NCBI RefSeq assembly: GCF_964204645.1
Contig: NC_134025.1
Location: forward strand, 6,696,001-6,760,000
From: Tubulanus polymorphus
Lineage: Eukaryota; Animalia; Nemertea
Direction: 5' to 3'
DNA length: 64,000 nucleotides
Positions within the stretch are counted from its first letter, which is position 1, and every line of letters starts with the position of its first letter. Positions 1-14,600 of this stretch are shown here, piece after piece. The notes under the pieces are model-generated. The model was not told the origin of the DNA and did not search any database. It was given only the letters and a program-made list of their open reading frames with translations. Made by a program: the position numbers and the translations under genes.

Positions 1-1142
1 TATAGCTAGCAGTTTCGTAATTTCTATTTGCAAAATGGGTTTGGTTGTTAAAAATAACTTCAATGTAAAAGCTTATACTTAGTACATGTATGTATTAAGA
101 TAATTCACCAAACCCTAAAATTGATTGTTTTCTGTTTGTTTTGACTGACAAATGATAACCCACATTTGATAATATACATTTCCTTGCAATATTTGGTTGA
201 TAAGATACACTGGGTTTTCGTTCCTAAGAGTCAGTTTCATGTGACGGCATTGAGAACAGGTATGTTGTGTGTTGAGTCTCATGAATTTCTGGTAGCCTCA
301 ACTTCCTTTCGTATGGCTTGGATCGGTTTCTATTGTAAGATTTGACCGAACATCTAGGCCTACAAAGTGTGTACCTACCATAGTCAGTGGTTAACCTGGT
401 TGGAGTTCTCACAAATTGACATTGATGAACTAAAATGGATAGGAATAAAATGAATGAATGGTATGAAAGGCATAATATTTTAAATCATTGATATAAATTC
501 ATTTATTTTAGTTGTAAAAGACTTAATGTTTATGCATGCTGTGTAATGACATATTATGTATGTCTAATTAGCGCAATTATGCACAGGTATATATGCCATC
601 AGGCTTCCTTTGGAAAGGTAACACGATGTCCTTGGCCCATACTTGGTGTGTTTGTCTCTCCAGAAATCTAATTAAAGTCTATGGGCCTACAATCAATATA
701 TCCAAAAAACCTGATATTACCTTGAATTGGAATGAACTATTCAAACTCTAGGGTCAAAACTAAGTCAACTTTTAAGCTGGGTCTGAACATCCTCATTGAC
801 TTATGTCGATTCAATTGATTTTTTTTACAGATCAAGTGGCTGAAATGGTGAAAGCATCATGAGAATTCTTCACGTAATGTTTTACGCATCAATATGATCA
901 TACCCAAAAGCTCCTTTAATTATTCCAGCAGGTGTACATGATATAGAAGCATGGATAATTCATTGGAAAAAGACATTATCAAGATATGTTGCTTGCATCA
1001 ATTATTCAAATTGACTACGCTTGATAAATGATCATAGTAACTGAATCAATTATTCCTCCATGTAGTCACTCAAAGAAACTGATCCTTCAATGATTCATAT
1101 CTTGATTCTCTGTTTTACTGTTTCTGAATAGAAGATTTCAAA

Positions 1143-4100
1143 ATGATTTACGTAAATCCGCGTGTAATTGGTAATTTCTGTGTCAATCCAAATCAGCCAT
1201 CAATGAACAGAATCAGCTGCAATCATACGACTGAATCAATAGATGATACGTCCGGGAGTGGTTGTAGCGATGATTTCTCTATTGTAGAAATAAACAATGC
1301 AGATATCGGAGATCAGTTCGAAAGTTCGATGAAAATTGAGGATATTACGAATTCGCTACGACGAATTCGCCGTGGAAGACAACAGCAGATGCAGCAGCAG
1401 CAGCTGAATGAAAATGTCTCATCACGCGATATTGAGAAATCGTCGAACGGTCATCAGGATGGATTTTTCAAACAAGCTCGGAAAACCCTTTCGACGTTCG
1501 TTTCTCAAATCATCACACCAGATGCGGATGTTAACAAAAATGTCAACGAACCTTCTGCTTCACCAATTCTGCGATCTAAACCCACGCCTCAAATAGCTGC
1601 CCCATTGATGGCAGAACCGCGCCACATTTTTGAGCACTCCGAAAGTAGCAGCACAAATGTTTATTTACTCGATCACCATTCAGAAGAAAGTGCATCAGCT
1701 ATATGTAATACATTCTGGCGACCGAGTTTAACGTTTAACACGTATAGCCATGGTGATGACTTAATCAAATTTACATCACTATGGCCAAAAGAAAATGTAC
1801 TGCCAGCATTGTTATTGGAGGCGTATCATTCAACATCATTGAGAAAATCGATTCTAGAAATTAGTAAATTAGTGATACGCTGTGGTCCGGTGTCCGTCTT
1901 AAAATCATTGTTGGATCTTCATATTATTGGTAAGTACGATTCATCTTATAGTGTAGAAGTTTCTTTTTGTGTTTGGATTAAAGATCTAGATTTTTTGAGG
2001 TAAGTTAGATAGTTGTTGTTTCTTTTCTGGTATAGTAAAATATATTACAGCGATTTATTTTTTCCTGTCAATATCAGTTGCCCTTTCATGTAAGCGATTG
2101 TAGGTTTTCATGCTCCTAAGAGCATTTTTGTATGTGAAAAAAATTCTCAATTGTTTTTTTAATGCTTATTATGGTTGTTCATTTAATATGCTGCTGTGTT
2201 ATTCCAGGGAGGTGAGAGGGCTATTCCTGGTTATTCATTCCAAAATATGCTTCTGAGAGCACCTGGACTTGGATTGCTATAAGGACTTATAAGGAATAAA
2301 AATAAATCCTGGAGCAGACTTTCAATAGACCTATGTGCTTATTACTTTGATAAAATAGAGAACAGTCTGGAGAGTTCTTGCATAATTTCTTTTCTTTCCA
2401 AATTTTTAAGGTTTGGATCAAAGGTTTGAGGATGGTTATACTATGTTACATTTGGCATGTATTGCCAGAAATGACGAATGTGTGTCATATTTGTGTTCAT
2501 CAGGAATATCAATGAAATTGCAGGACAAATATGGTAAGCCATTCGAGGCAAAAACTGCAATAGATTTTGCGACTTGGTGTATACATGTCTCTGTAGATTA
2601 CTTGGTGGGTTCAAATATCATCTCAAAATCTTGCTTCACTTACTTTGCTGATCCAATGGGCTGAGTAAAGGAGGAAACACTTTTCACTAATGAACTGGTT
2701 TCAATTCACTGATATTTTCGAATACCCGTATATAGCTTGGCAAAAGAATATCTTTGAAAGTTAGCAGGGGTGAAATTTCACGATACAATACTTGGGATTA
2801 GATTGATTTAGCTGACTATTTGGGTAATAAATCATTTAAGGAAATAATAAGGAAAAATTGTTGGTAAAGAAAAACAGAAAAACCAGTTTGGCACTTTCAA
2901 TTCACTTTACTTGCACTGTATTAAATCTTGAGTTTTATTATCAATGCATTCATTTTATTTCTTTTATCGATGACTATGATAGGTTGTAACTGATTGTCAA
3001 GATAAATTATAATTCTTTTTGATCGGTTTCCTTTGGGGCCTCAACAACTGAATGATATTCTGGTTTTTCTAGGAATTAGAGTCATTCAGTGACTGGTTGT
3101 GTTTCAGGTAGAACAGCTGACCAGGTATGCAATGATTCTAAAACCCGCCGTTTGTTGCCATCACGATCGATGAAATCGCAAAGATTTTCAATAAAACCTG
3201 TCAGTTTGCACGAGAAAGAGGCGATGTTTCAGACAGTATTGAATCCTCGGAGTTACAACAATTTACAAATCAGACTGCAGACTTCCGCATTCGATGTCAA
3301 CAAAGAGGTTGATTGTCATGGAGACTTCTTGATTCATATTGTTGCCAGGGGAGGTTTGTGTTTTATACCAGTATCATCATCGCTGTAGAAATTGCGTGAA
3401 TTCCATTCAGTTTGTTTTAATGAATTAAATTTATTCTTTTCTAGGACTCTCATTGATGCCGCTCTTGTTATCTCTGGTCCGAATTCAAGGAGCAGACATT
3501 GAGCTCTCTGGTAATGAAGGTTTGACACCATTAATGATTGCAGCCTGTCAAGGAAATGCTGTGATATTAGATGTATGTTCAAGTCACTTATAACCTGGTT
3601 GGAAAATCAATTAGTTATGCAAGTACATTATCAATCGATTCCGTGTTTTTCTATAATTCTTTACTAGGTTATGTTATGTATATTAGGCGCAAATCCTAAT
3701 ACACCAAACCCAATCAATGGACGTTGTGCTTTACATTATGCAGCCCAACATAATCATGCTGATATTGTCAAGTGAGTTGAAAATGAATACTTTTCTGATA
3801 GATCTTTAAAATCATTCCATCATTCCATAGGACTAAACTGGTAGTTGCTGATTTTATCTCACATTACAGTAAAATCTCTATCTATTCAGTTGCCTCATAA
3901 AACGTGGAGCTGATTATAATTTGGAGGATTATTATGGCCGACTACCCGATGATCATTGTGGCATGGATTGCAGAGAGATCATATCTTCTCACAGACAACA
4001 ACGGATCGAATGCTTACGCGAATTACTGAAGACGGTAAATCAATTGGCCATTTTAGAGATGATAAAAAAATATGGATACCTTTTTTTCAGGTTTCAAAAA

Positions 4101-7100
4101 GATTCCTCATTTGAACTACTGGTATATTATATGATAGCGTTTAAAATACTAATAGAATAAACCATTATTTTTAGAGAGACATGAAGTCTGCTAATTTGAG
4201 AGTAACTGACCTGTACTGTGTTGATAATCTTGGGAATACACTCATAATGACAGCTGCTTTAAACAACAAGTAAGTCATCGAAAAAGCAGATGAATAACAA
4301 CAATAATTGAAGTCGCACAATTTGTATTAAGAAATGAAGAAAACGATTTTTTTAACCAAAAAGGATGAAGTTAATGAAAACTTATTTAGATGGGTAGTAA
4401 AGACACATGTCGAGTAGGCCGAGATTGAATCATGAAGTATTATCCACCCTTTTCTTATTCAGCGTGGAAGATTTATGTCTCTTGATTGAATATGAAGGTT
4501 GCCCGATCAATGCGCAACATGAAAAAAGTGGCCGTACAGCACTGTCTATGGCTTGTATGGTTGGGCACCCAGATATTGTTCGTGAATTACTGAGGTAGTG
4601 CTGCATGAAAAAAACGTAATAGAACTGTGGTTACATAAAGTATTGAATAGCCCTACAATTTGACTCGACCTGGATATTTTGAATTGATCAACCCAAATAC
4701 TATAGTCAAGGTTGATTCTTATGTAAGGACTAAATATTTAAAAATCTAAATCTAAATATTTTAGACATGATGCTGAGGCTGGTATACCAGACATATTTAA
4801 GAAGCTGGCAGTACATTATGCAGTTGAAAATAATCATTATGATGTATTAGAACAACTACTTTCCTGTCGAAGAGGTCTTGTGGTGAGTAGAGGCATGATC
4901 ATCTGTACACCAAAAATTGTGTTTCTTTGAGACAATTGATCGTAATGTTCCAGGGCCTTCCTCAAGCATTAACTATTTGTTCAAATCAACGCATTCGAGA
5001 CCTGCTTCTAAGAGCTAAATACAGGTATGGGTTCATCTTACTGTAAGAAACCAATTCCTGAAAGTTCTTTTTGACATTGAATTTGCATAATATTTTACAG
5101 CCGCCAAGTGGAAATAGTAAATAGTGAACTATTTGAATGTGCTCTCACAGGTGATGCCAGTAAACTATACACAATATTGGAAGATGGTGACGATGTTAAC
5201 AATACAGTGAGTAGCTATATTGATTCGCATGCTAGTTCCAAACTCATTCAATGTGGTGAAGAACAAGTATGATCTTGTGAACAGATACTTGGGTTACAAC
5301 CTATTTACACCTATGAATACAAATAACTTTTTACTAAATGATTACAGAGTGGAGTGGGCGATTGGCCAATCTACCTGGCTGGTGAAAATGGTAATTTAGA
5401 AGTTGTTTCTTTGCTTTATGAGGTATTGTATTAAATTCTTATTTTAATTTTCTAATTCTTATCATAAGATTTGAACTTTATAAGTATAATTTTATTAAAA
5501 GGTAGATACATATCATTATCTACATACAAAATTCGTTTATTTGATGGTTTCATGTTTGTTTACTTTTTAGTTTGGTGGAAATGTTTCCAAAAAACATCCA
5601 AATTCTGGTAATACATTACTGCATGTATTATGTGAAAGAGGACATTTAGAAATTGTTCAGTACTTGTTACAGTTTAGTCGTGCTCAGGTTGTTAAGCGTA
5701 ATGAAACTAAACCTAACTTAGTGTATGTGAATGCTGTAAATAACCAAGGTAAAACTAGTCTCCAAATCGCTGCGGAAAGAGGTATGACTTGATCTTCTTC
5801 TAGTTTCTCAATTTATTTTGATTGAAGATCATAACGTTCGGTTGATTTTGATATTGTCTGTAGGTTTGAGTAAGATAGTGAATCTACTGCTAAAACATGG
5901 GGCAACAACAGCACTTGTGGATCAGACAGGAAATTTATTCCAGTGTCCCGAATACCAAGGCATACAAGTTCTATTAGAGACACATAGAGATGAAAGAATT
6001 CGACAGATTATTAACTTCATCGATGACAAACGGAAGCTCAATAGTTTGAAGTGCATATGGCAGCCACGGTTTGATCACAATTTACGTGATAGATGGGGTG
6101 ACACACCATTAATGATAGCGTGTAGACTAGGACGGATAGATGCAGTGAAGTTTTTACTACAGTCAGCGCTTTATGATTTAATTGATGAAAGTGACACTGA
6201 CAATGAAGACAGTGGGGCAGATTCTGATGAAGGTTCATTCTTGGCATCAAGCACATTCAGTCGTCAATCAACTAGGCTATCAGCAGCTGGTACAGGTAAC
6301 ATGTGCTATCTGTATGAAGCATAAAAATTCTTATGAAAAATTTATACATGTAACCAAATAGCAATAAACCCTTCTGAAATGATGCTTATTGAAGTTACAG
6401 GAAGTTTTAGGTGACTTTATTGTTTTAGCATTAAGGAGTGCAAGTAATTTTCGATATGAAGACCTCCGAAATGATCTTATGACACCAGTATCGACGTACA
6501 CTGTGACAACAGAAATCAACCAAAATCATGTGAACAGAATGCTCCAGACACCGAGATCGCGGATGAATACAGAAGAGACGATAGCAGATCTTACACAAAG
6601 TTATGATAGTTCATCAGATTACATAAGAAGAAGAAGAGAACGAACTGCATCTGAAGCAGAACTCCCTGCACATCATTCCTCAAACCTTCGGTAAATAAAC
6701 TTCAGGAATTTGGTTCATTTTTGTGCGCGGTTTTTCTAAAATGATGTCTTTTTATTTAGAAGAGTAATATCAGCTGAAGATATCGATTCGATGAAAGGAA
6801 ACGGAAAGACGTTTCTTGACCTTCACAATGAGAAATCAGAATCCAGCCAACAATTGGACTCATATCTGCAGAATCTTACATTGCACAAAGCTTCAATATT
6901 CACAGGTGAGCTGTAAGTTTATTAAATAGGTTTATACCAGCTGTTTATGTAATACGTGATTCTTATTGAAATTCATGCATTCATATCCATGGAAATATGC
7001 CTACATTATTGAACAAATAGAGAAAATAAATAAATGCCTGCTGTAAATTCTTAAATTTCAGGTCATCGAATCAGTCATGTGTGTGCTACGAATACCAGAA

Positions 7101-8000
7101 ATGGCCGAACTGCTGTTCATCGTACTATAGAATATGGTGATAACCTTAATATATTTGCGGCTTTGCTGTCTACTGATGAGAACTGCGTTAATATACAAGA
7201 CAATGAAGGCATTGGTCCAATTCATCTGGCTTGTAAACTTGGCAGGAAGAAAATCATAGAACGTCTGATGGTAAAAGATTTAAATTTATACCACTGTTAT
7301 TAAGTTCCAAGATGTAACCGGTACACAAAGTATTCTATGGACCAAATTTGACAAACATTTTGAACCTAGAATTTTGAAAGTAATTATCACTTTTACACAC
7401 TGATTTAATCCAAGGTTTTTAGTGAGACATGCTAAAGACTTACTGTATACTGATGATAAATCCAAACATTGATGCTTTAGTCAATTAGATATTGATATAC
7501 TTAACGATTCATACGGTATGAATCGCTTGGTATATCCTGCCAAAGGTAATAATAGCGTGCCATTAACAATAGTGTGCCTTTTCCTCGAAAGGGCTTGGTA
7601 GATACCTTATTGTAACAAAGCTATTTAAAAAGTCTATTACCCAAGAGCTATTTCAGGAGTTCATATACATATTGGTCAGTTTTAGTAATAGAAAGTTTGG
7701 TCAATCATTCAACAATTTTCTTTATTTCAGATGTCTCAGTCAGTCGATTTAAACGTACGAACATTAGATGGTAGATTACCTGAAGAAATGACGAACAGTA
7801 AAACGATTGAAAAACTGATCAAACAAAAACGTGAACAAAAACAACCGAATCGGCCACCTTCACCTGTTATATCTATCACCGCTAGTTCGATTAGTCGATT
7901 CGAAAAATCAACTATTGATATACAAACTTTACAGGATCAGTTCACAGCTTTGACCAATCAAGTCAGAGGTAAAACCCCTGCCTTATTTACTGATCAATAA
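1143..8000 (+). CDS. Multi-ankyrin-repeat protein, ~1219 aa, 18 coding exons (1143-1929, 2411-2533, 3108-3353, 3445-3572, 3668-3771, 3890-4034, 4175-4269, 4463-4594, 4765-4882, 4954-5024, 5101-5206, 5348-5422, 5571-5781, 5864-6295, 6429-6690, 6760-6905, 7062-7270, 7731-8000)
   Basis: All introns are GT-AG and the exons sum to 3660 nt in one open frame. Repeated ankyrin motifs: GYTMLHLAC, GLTPLMIAA, GRCALHYAA, GRTALSMAC, GNTLLHVLC, GDTPLMIAC, GIGPIHLAC. Low-complexity/polyQ N-terminus. AATAAA at 8193. Orthologue not recognised. Confidence 0.9.
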
Positions 8001-8480
8001 GCACTGAATGACGTGAAATGTCAGTTATTTTCACTGCGTCCAAACCAAGCATTTGCAATCACTTGATTTGTTTTTTCCTTAACTACTTGTATATACGTAC
8101 AAATACGAAAAGATGTTAATGAATTGTAAATTTCATCAATTGTTATTGTGTTCTTTATATGTGTTTACACTGATTCATAAAAATTCTGATGCAATAAATT
8201 GTTAGATTACAGTATATTTTATTCTTTGGACTTTCTCAGTTTTTCATCACCTGCAATATAGAAGGCGAGCACACTGGAATCAGGATTGTCTTTCTGCGTA
8301 GTCAATCTTGTCTTAGGTTTCTAGCTGTATTTTGACGTAACTTCACCAAGCTGTTGTTTTTGGGATATTCTTATGCACCTGCGATTTGTTTCAAGATTGC
8401 ATCAAAGGACATTGATTCTTGATTAATTTTAAACTCTTTTAAGGCTGCATTTTGTCGTCTAGTATTTTGATAAAACTTGA

Positions 8481-8571
8481 AAACTGGTGGACAAATGCTA
8501 GTGACAATTTAAATTGTAGCCATGGCATTTGTCCACCAGTTTACTCTGACCAACTTTAGAGCAACCGGTCC
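8481..8571. mobile_element. Palindromic MITE-like fragment
   Basis: 18-bp perfect arms AAACTGGTGGACAAATGC (8481-8498) and GCATTTGTCCACCAGTTT (8525-8542) around a palindromic ACAATTTAAATTGT core. Confidence 0.5.
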
Positions 8572-11500
8572 AGTGTCGGTTAAGGGGGATGTTTGCCTCA
8601 ACCTTCTTTGACGATGTGAATTTTCAGAGGACAATGATTTTCAACAGAGAATAGCGAGACATTTTCTTTGAAATAACTTGATGGATCCATCAATGGAATA
8701 AATGAAATCCTTTTCCGCTTCTCCCAAGAATGTGGCTGTTAGAAATCTGTCGATCCAAGTTAAAGAAATATGTAACCATGAGCCTTACGTGCCAGATATG
8801 CAGGAAAGAAGTTAGTCACTTGCAGGAAAATCCGGTCATCACAGCTACTCTTATAATACTATAATACATATTTTCATCGAATTTTTTGTCTTAATGTCTT
8901 CCCTGACCCTGCTTGAGCTATTTTGTCCAGTGGTATAGGTCAGAAAATATGTTATCAAATGTTTTCTCCCTTCTCCCCTAGAAATATGGCTGTTAAAAAA
9001 TTGGTCATCCAAGCAAAAAAATGGCCTCTACTAATAAGGAAGCCCACGACTTCAGAATGAAAGAAAAAGTTTTATACAATAAATCCAATTACTTTATTCA
9101 TTATCAGATTACACTAGATGTTACATGAATCCTGGTTATTCGTGACCGCTTGGAGTGTGCGCGCATGTGTGAAGTAGGTGTTTACACTTTCTGAATATAC
9201 ATGTATATTACTGATTTCATAAATACACATCAGATTTTAAAACAATCTAATTGACACCGATATAACCTCACATCTCTACTAATGGATCATTAATGAACAC
9301 AAATAACTACTAGTCAGTGGCTGAAGATAGCACGAAACTACCGCAAACATCAACAGATTATTCACCTATTTACACATATATAAATAGCATGTAAAAAATT
9401 AAATATTTTTAACAATATAATTCACTCTCCTTATAAGAGATATACATGCTCATTAGTTAGCAGGCTGTAAATTTTAGGTTTTATCAATGAATTGTTTCTA
9501 TTGTCATTTTCTTTAAAGCAGTAATGAATTATATGTTATAATAGATGCCCATATATTCGTTCAATTAGTTGCAAAAAATCACAACTTTTTGACTGACAAG
9601 AAATGAACTGCGAGTACAACAGATCGGGCATTATCAATTGATAATGCCCGACCAATAATTAAGATCCAACAGTCGAACTCACGTCAGTTGGTAGCCTTAT
9701 GGACGTCATACAAATAAAAACAATTACATAAGCTAAGAGTATAAGTGACTAAATGTACCAGTTAGAAAATAAAACTTACTTATTGAGAGTGAATAAGGAT
9801 TTCTCCAATAAGACATTCCCAATAAATTTTAGCGATTCTTACTTTAATTAATAGTTTTTATTTTTTTGTTTTCAATAATCGCCAGAATTTCACTATAGAC
9901 AATCGGAAAATATCCTGCAGCATTTAAAATAGGGGAAAACAGGATTTTAAAATCTATTCAGCCTGGGTGATAATATAGCTTGTAATGTGAGACGACGTAC
10001 GCAAGTTTGACTGAATCGTGAAAAGCATTTCACACAGAGCCAGTTACATAGCTAAGACTTAAAGGGCTAAACTCATTTTTACAAAACAACAGTTGAAATA
10101 TTATACTAGGTCGAGCTCAATGCAATACATATCCAGTAACAAAATTGGCCATGGGATTGAAACCCACTTTTGAACAGAAATCTTGGCTGTGTAACTGGGC
10201 CTGGAAAATGTGAACGAAAATAATATATCCTATCAGATTCTCGCAAACACCTACAGAAAATAAAAATAACCATATCACATTAAAGTTGCGGTGTTCGCTC
10301 ATCTCTTCAAGTAAACCTCTGTGTGATATGCATATGTCTTAAGTTCAGGAAAATATGTACAAATTTATACAAGTACACATTCAGAGACATACGCTTGCAT
10401 CAGTCTATAGATTTGGTTCGATTTCCATCATCATACATTTACATGCGTATCAAAAAGCCCAACAAGCCGATTAAAACCTTCCCAATAATAAATGAAATGA
10501 GTTTGGGGATATATCTATGCACTGTAATCATAAATGTACATAATGCAGGAGGTAATGAAACGAAGGTGACATGGCAGACACACTGGTATTTACAGTTTTA
10601 GCAAAACAAGGAGAGGAAATTCTGAAAAAGTTTTGCTGAGGGGCGACTACAGACATGTTGCAGGTGATGATGTCATAGTTTGTTTGCCAACCAGTGCTGG
10701 AAACTTGCCATACATAAACAAACAACAAAAGATCAAGCTTAAAGGATCTGCCATGTAGATCACATATTGCATTCGCCCAACAATATGGCTTAATCATATG
10801 GAAAATGGCCATGGCAGCATGACTCCTATCAGAGCAGCACATAGCAGGGCCAGTTCCCCCCAGAAATTTTGGAAAAGTGCCCTTTTTATGAATATTATTG
10901 TTCCAATAAAACTCCCCAAAAATGTTTATGGTAGTTATAATGGCTGGAAAAATAGAAGAAAAAACTGCTTATGTTTAATTATCACACATCGACAAATAGG
11001 TTTAGATGAGGTGAAATGAAATTTGATACAAAACAAAATATCAGGTTAATCAGAATCATGATATTATAGGAGCTTTGTTGTTTGAATGTATCAGGTTCCA
11101 TGGGGTATTTCATTTTTACCATGAATTTATGAGGGAGGAAAAGTGTTACACTGTAGACCTATTCTGGTCTATATACACACGCCGGCCTGCCGGTTGATTT
11201 AAGAACTGTCCTGTCTGACCTACACAAAGTGATCCATGGCAACCACGTAGTTGAGTGACAAGTGGAAACATAACATGTAAACATTCCATTGAGAAATGTT
11301 TTTTTGGCATGATTATATCCAAGAGAACCATCCAATATGCATTTGATATTGTCACATAGACAATGAAAATTTCAGTGTCCTGTTGCATGATCTCCATCAC
11401 GACTTCCTTACTCTGCGTTGCAGGGATCACAATACACTTATCATTTATCAACCATCATTCTAGTGGCGTGTGAATTGCACTTCTGTCATTTAACGAGGGA

Positions 11501-11623
11501 GTAGGTGATAATGACTATGATCCCCCTGAGACTATTAAGTGTACAGAGATATACACACATAACTGATTCGTTGTCTCATTTGTTCATCTATTAAATCTAT
11601 GTTTTATACGTGGATTTCTGTCG

Positions 11624-14600
11624 TCAAAATTGGAACGAAAATCCACCGGGAAACCCATGGCTATGATAACCACCTTGTTGTCCACCGGAACTGAACTGGA
11701 AATTTCCCGGTCCGCTAAAGAACATCTGGAATATACTATTCGGATCTATATCACCTGAAAACAGAAAGAATATCAATCACGTAGCTGCATAAATCTTTGA
11801 ACGCTCAGCCATTTCGATATTCAATATTTCTTCTAAATGAAGAAATGGTTTCAAGCATTGTGTTTTGAATCTTATTATATTCTGATCAAAGCAAAGATGC
11901 AAGTTGAATATGTCGAGAATCAGAAATATAAACATACCAAATCCACCTTCCATTTCTTCTAAATCTTGACCACTATCATATCTAGATTTCTTTTTAGAGT
12001 CACTAAGTATACTATAAGCTTCACCAAGTTCTTTAAACTTTAATTCTTCTTCCTTTTGTTTTTCTGTTGTTGCATGTGAATGACGATCTGCAATATGAAA
12101 CATATCAAAGGTTTTATGAATTATCTGATAGTGAAGTGTTATTTTAAATGGTAGTTTATCCATATAAGATGATTTTATCTGTTTACCTGGATGGTGAATC
12201 AGAGCACGTTTTCGATAAGCCTTTTTTATTTCGGCTTCAGACGCACATTTTTCAATTCCTAATATTTTGTAGTAGTCTTTCCTTTTACTTTTCTTTAATT
12301 CCAACTTAGCTGCATCCAGCAATGATTTGTTTTCTAAACAAGGCAAAATAATACAATACATCATTGAACGAGCATCTCTATCCTACTGAGGGAAATGCTC
12401 GTAAAATTAGTCATACTCACCTCTAGTTTTGTCTATCTTATAGACTTTTTCATAATCTTGCACTGCCTCTTCAAACTTCTCTAAATCCATAAAACTACGA
12501 AGAGATCCAACACACTCACAAGCATGGAACTTCTTGAGATTCAAACAACGCCGATAGGTCAGAATTGTTCAAATAACATTAAAATGTGCAGTTTATTTCA
12601 ACATCGAAGGCTATGAATCTTACCATTTAGCTCTCCTGAGATAAGCTTTAAGATAATTTCCATCTAATTCAATCGCTTGCGTACAATCTTCCTTTGCTTG
12701 TTCTAACTTATTGAGCTACGTGTAAAAAAATAATATCGTTATCATTGCGACTTATTGTCAGACAATAAGCTGGAACACCCAAAAAATCTATATCTTTAAT
12801 TAACGAGTTTATCTTGTAATAAAGCAATGACATCCAGCTGTCAATTACTAATCTATATCGAAACCCGCAGATACTAACCTTCGCACAGACGGTTGCTCGG
12901 TTACAGTAAAGTTTAGAGTTGGTATAAATATTGTGAGGATCAATTTCTAATGCTTCCGTATATATTCTATAAGCATCGTCGAATTTGCCTGATCTAAATG
13001 CCTGATTTCCTTCCTCTTTCTTTTGTATTAAAAGTTTCGCTTTCTAAACATAAGAAAAAAGAAAACAGATAGATTGACATGACGTATGATTGCCGACATA
13101 TTTTTGACCTGCCTTCGTAAATCCCCCGCCGCGACGCGTTAATGGTTAAATTAATTTCAATAGGATTTATCACCATGGTAATTATGATGATATTGCGAAG
13201 GGCGACGGCCACCTATTTTTGTAGTATCTATACGAACCTTATAAATGAGTTTAGCTTTAACATGATCGGGGGCTAGTCGCAAAACTTGCTGGAAATGTTG
13301 GAAGGCTTTGTCCACGTTGTCATCGTAATATAAACATAATCCACGTATATAAATAGCGTCCGCATTTAATGAATCCGACTGAAGTAAATCACTGAAAATA
13401 ACATATTTCACATTATGCCTTATATCATAAGTGTAAAAAACAGAGAAAAATCTGCGGCATTTCTTCCAGATAAATCTAGGCTATAATTGATGATGATGCT
13501 GATGCTAGTTAAGCTTACTTTGTGATATCCCTTGCTTCCGGGTATCGCTTCAAAAAACAAAGGGCTTCAGCTTTCTTCACTTTGAAACGAACGCACTGTG
13601 GACATCGCTGTAGACACCGGTCCATACAAAACAATGCCTGCAACAGACACGAAACTTTGTAAATCATAAATCACACCATACAAAGTTGGGGTTATTTGAC
13701 TGATCTAAGATAAAATTGAATGATCTCCACAGTAGAACTGGATCTGGACTGTAATGTAATTAATATAGACCAAAATAAGCGAGCTTGTATTTGATTTAAA
13801 TATTTAGGAAGGAACCTGAACTGTCAGTTAAATTGGAGTTTGAAATAAAAATCAGTTCATTTTCTATTCCAGGGTCCCTACAGATAAATCATTCCCGAAT
13901 TCAATGACTTTTTTATTAAGGAGTTTTCAAGGAGAAAATTTCAAATTTTGAGGAGTGTATTCATCACTTTCATATCCCCATTACTGTAGATTCCTCCTAA
14001 ATCGTTACTGTTTATCTCAGTAAACCATTTAATTCGGTGGAATCTGTGTGTACATGAGACCTATGGCAACCTTGGTCTAAAACATAAAAATTTTCTAATT
14101 GCTTATTTCTCTAAATTCAAGGAGTTTTTCAAGGACTTTTGGGTATTTTGCTCAAATTCAAGGATATTCAAGGACCTTGAAAAACCATATTGGTTTGGAA
14201 GTTTTCCTTAGTAGTGTCAATGTGCTCAAAACAATAACTCACTCTTCTGTAGTCTCCTTTTAGTATATCTTTTTCTGCCGACTCTTCGAACTGTTTAACA
14301 CATCGAGTGATCTGTATCTGTAATCAACATAGGAAACAGTGGTAAATATATCTGCCATCGAATCTTTTTTATCATATCAACTTTTTTTTATTACAAATCA
14401 AACTAGTATACCAAATTTGTGTTATCATTACTTACGTCCTCTTTGACTGTATTGTTTTCGGGTTCCATGCGTAAAACATGTTCATAAACCCTTTCAGCAT
14501 TTAACACATCACCAAGAGCCAGCAAACATTTCCCTTCTCTTATATAACCCTGAAAATGTGAACCATAATTTATAGAAAACAGATTAGAATTCATAATTGT

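Noticed and set aside
8711-9025. Diverged ~60-bp direct duplication; similar ~66-bp dimer at 41878-42010
   Set aside because: Ordinary decayed local duplications with no sign of function.
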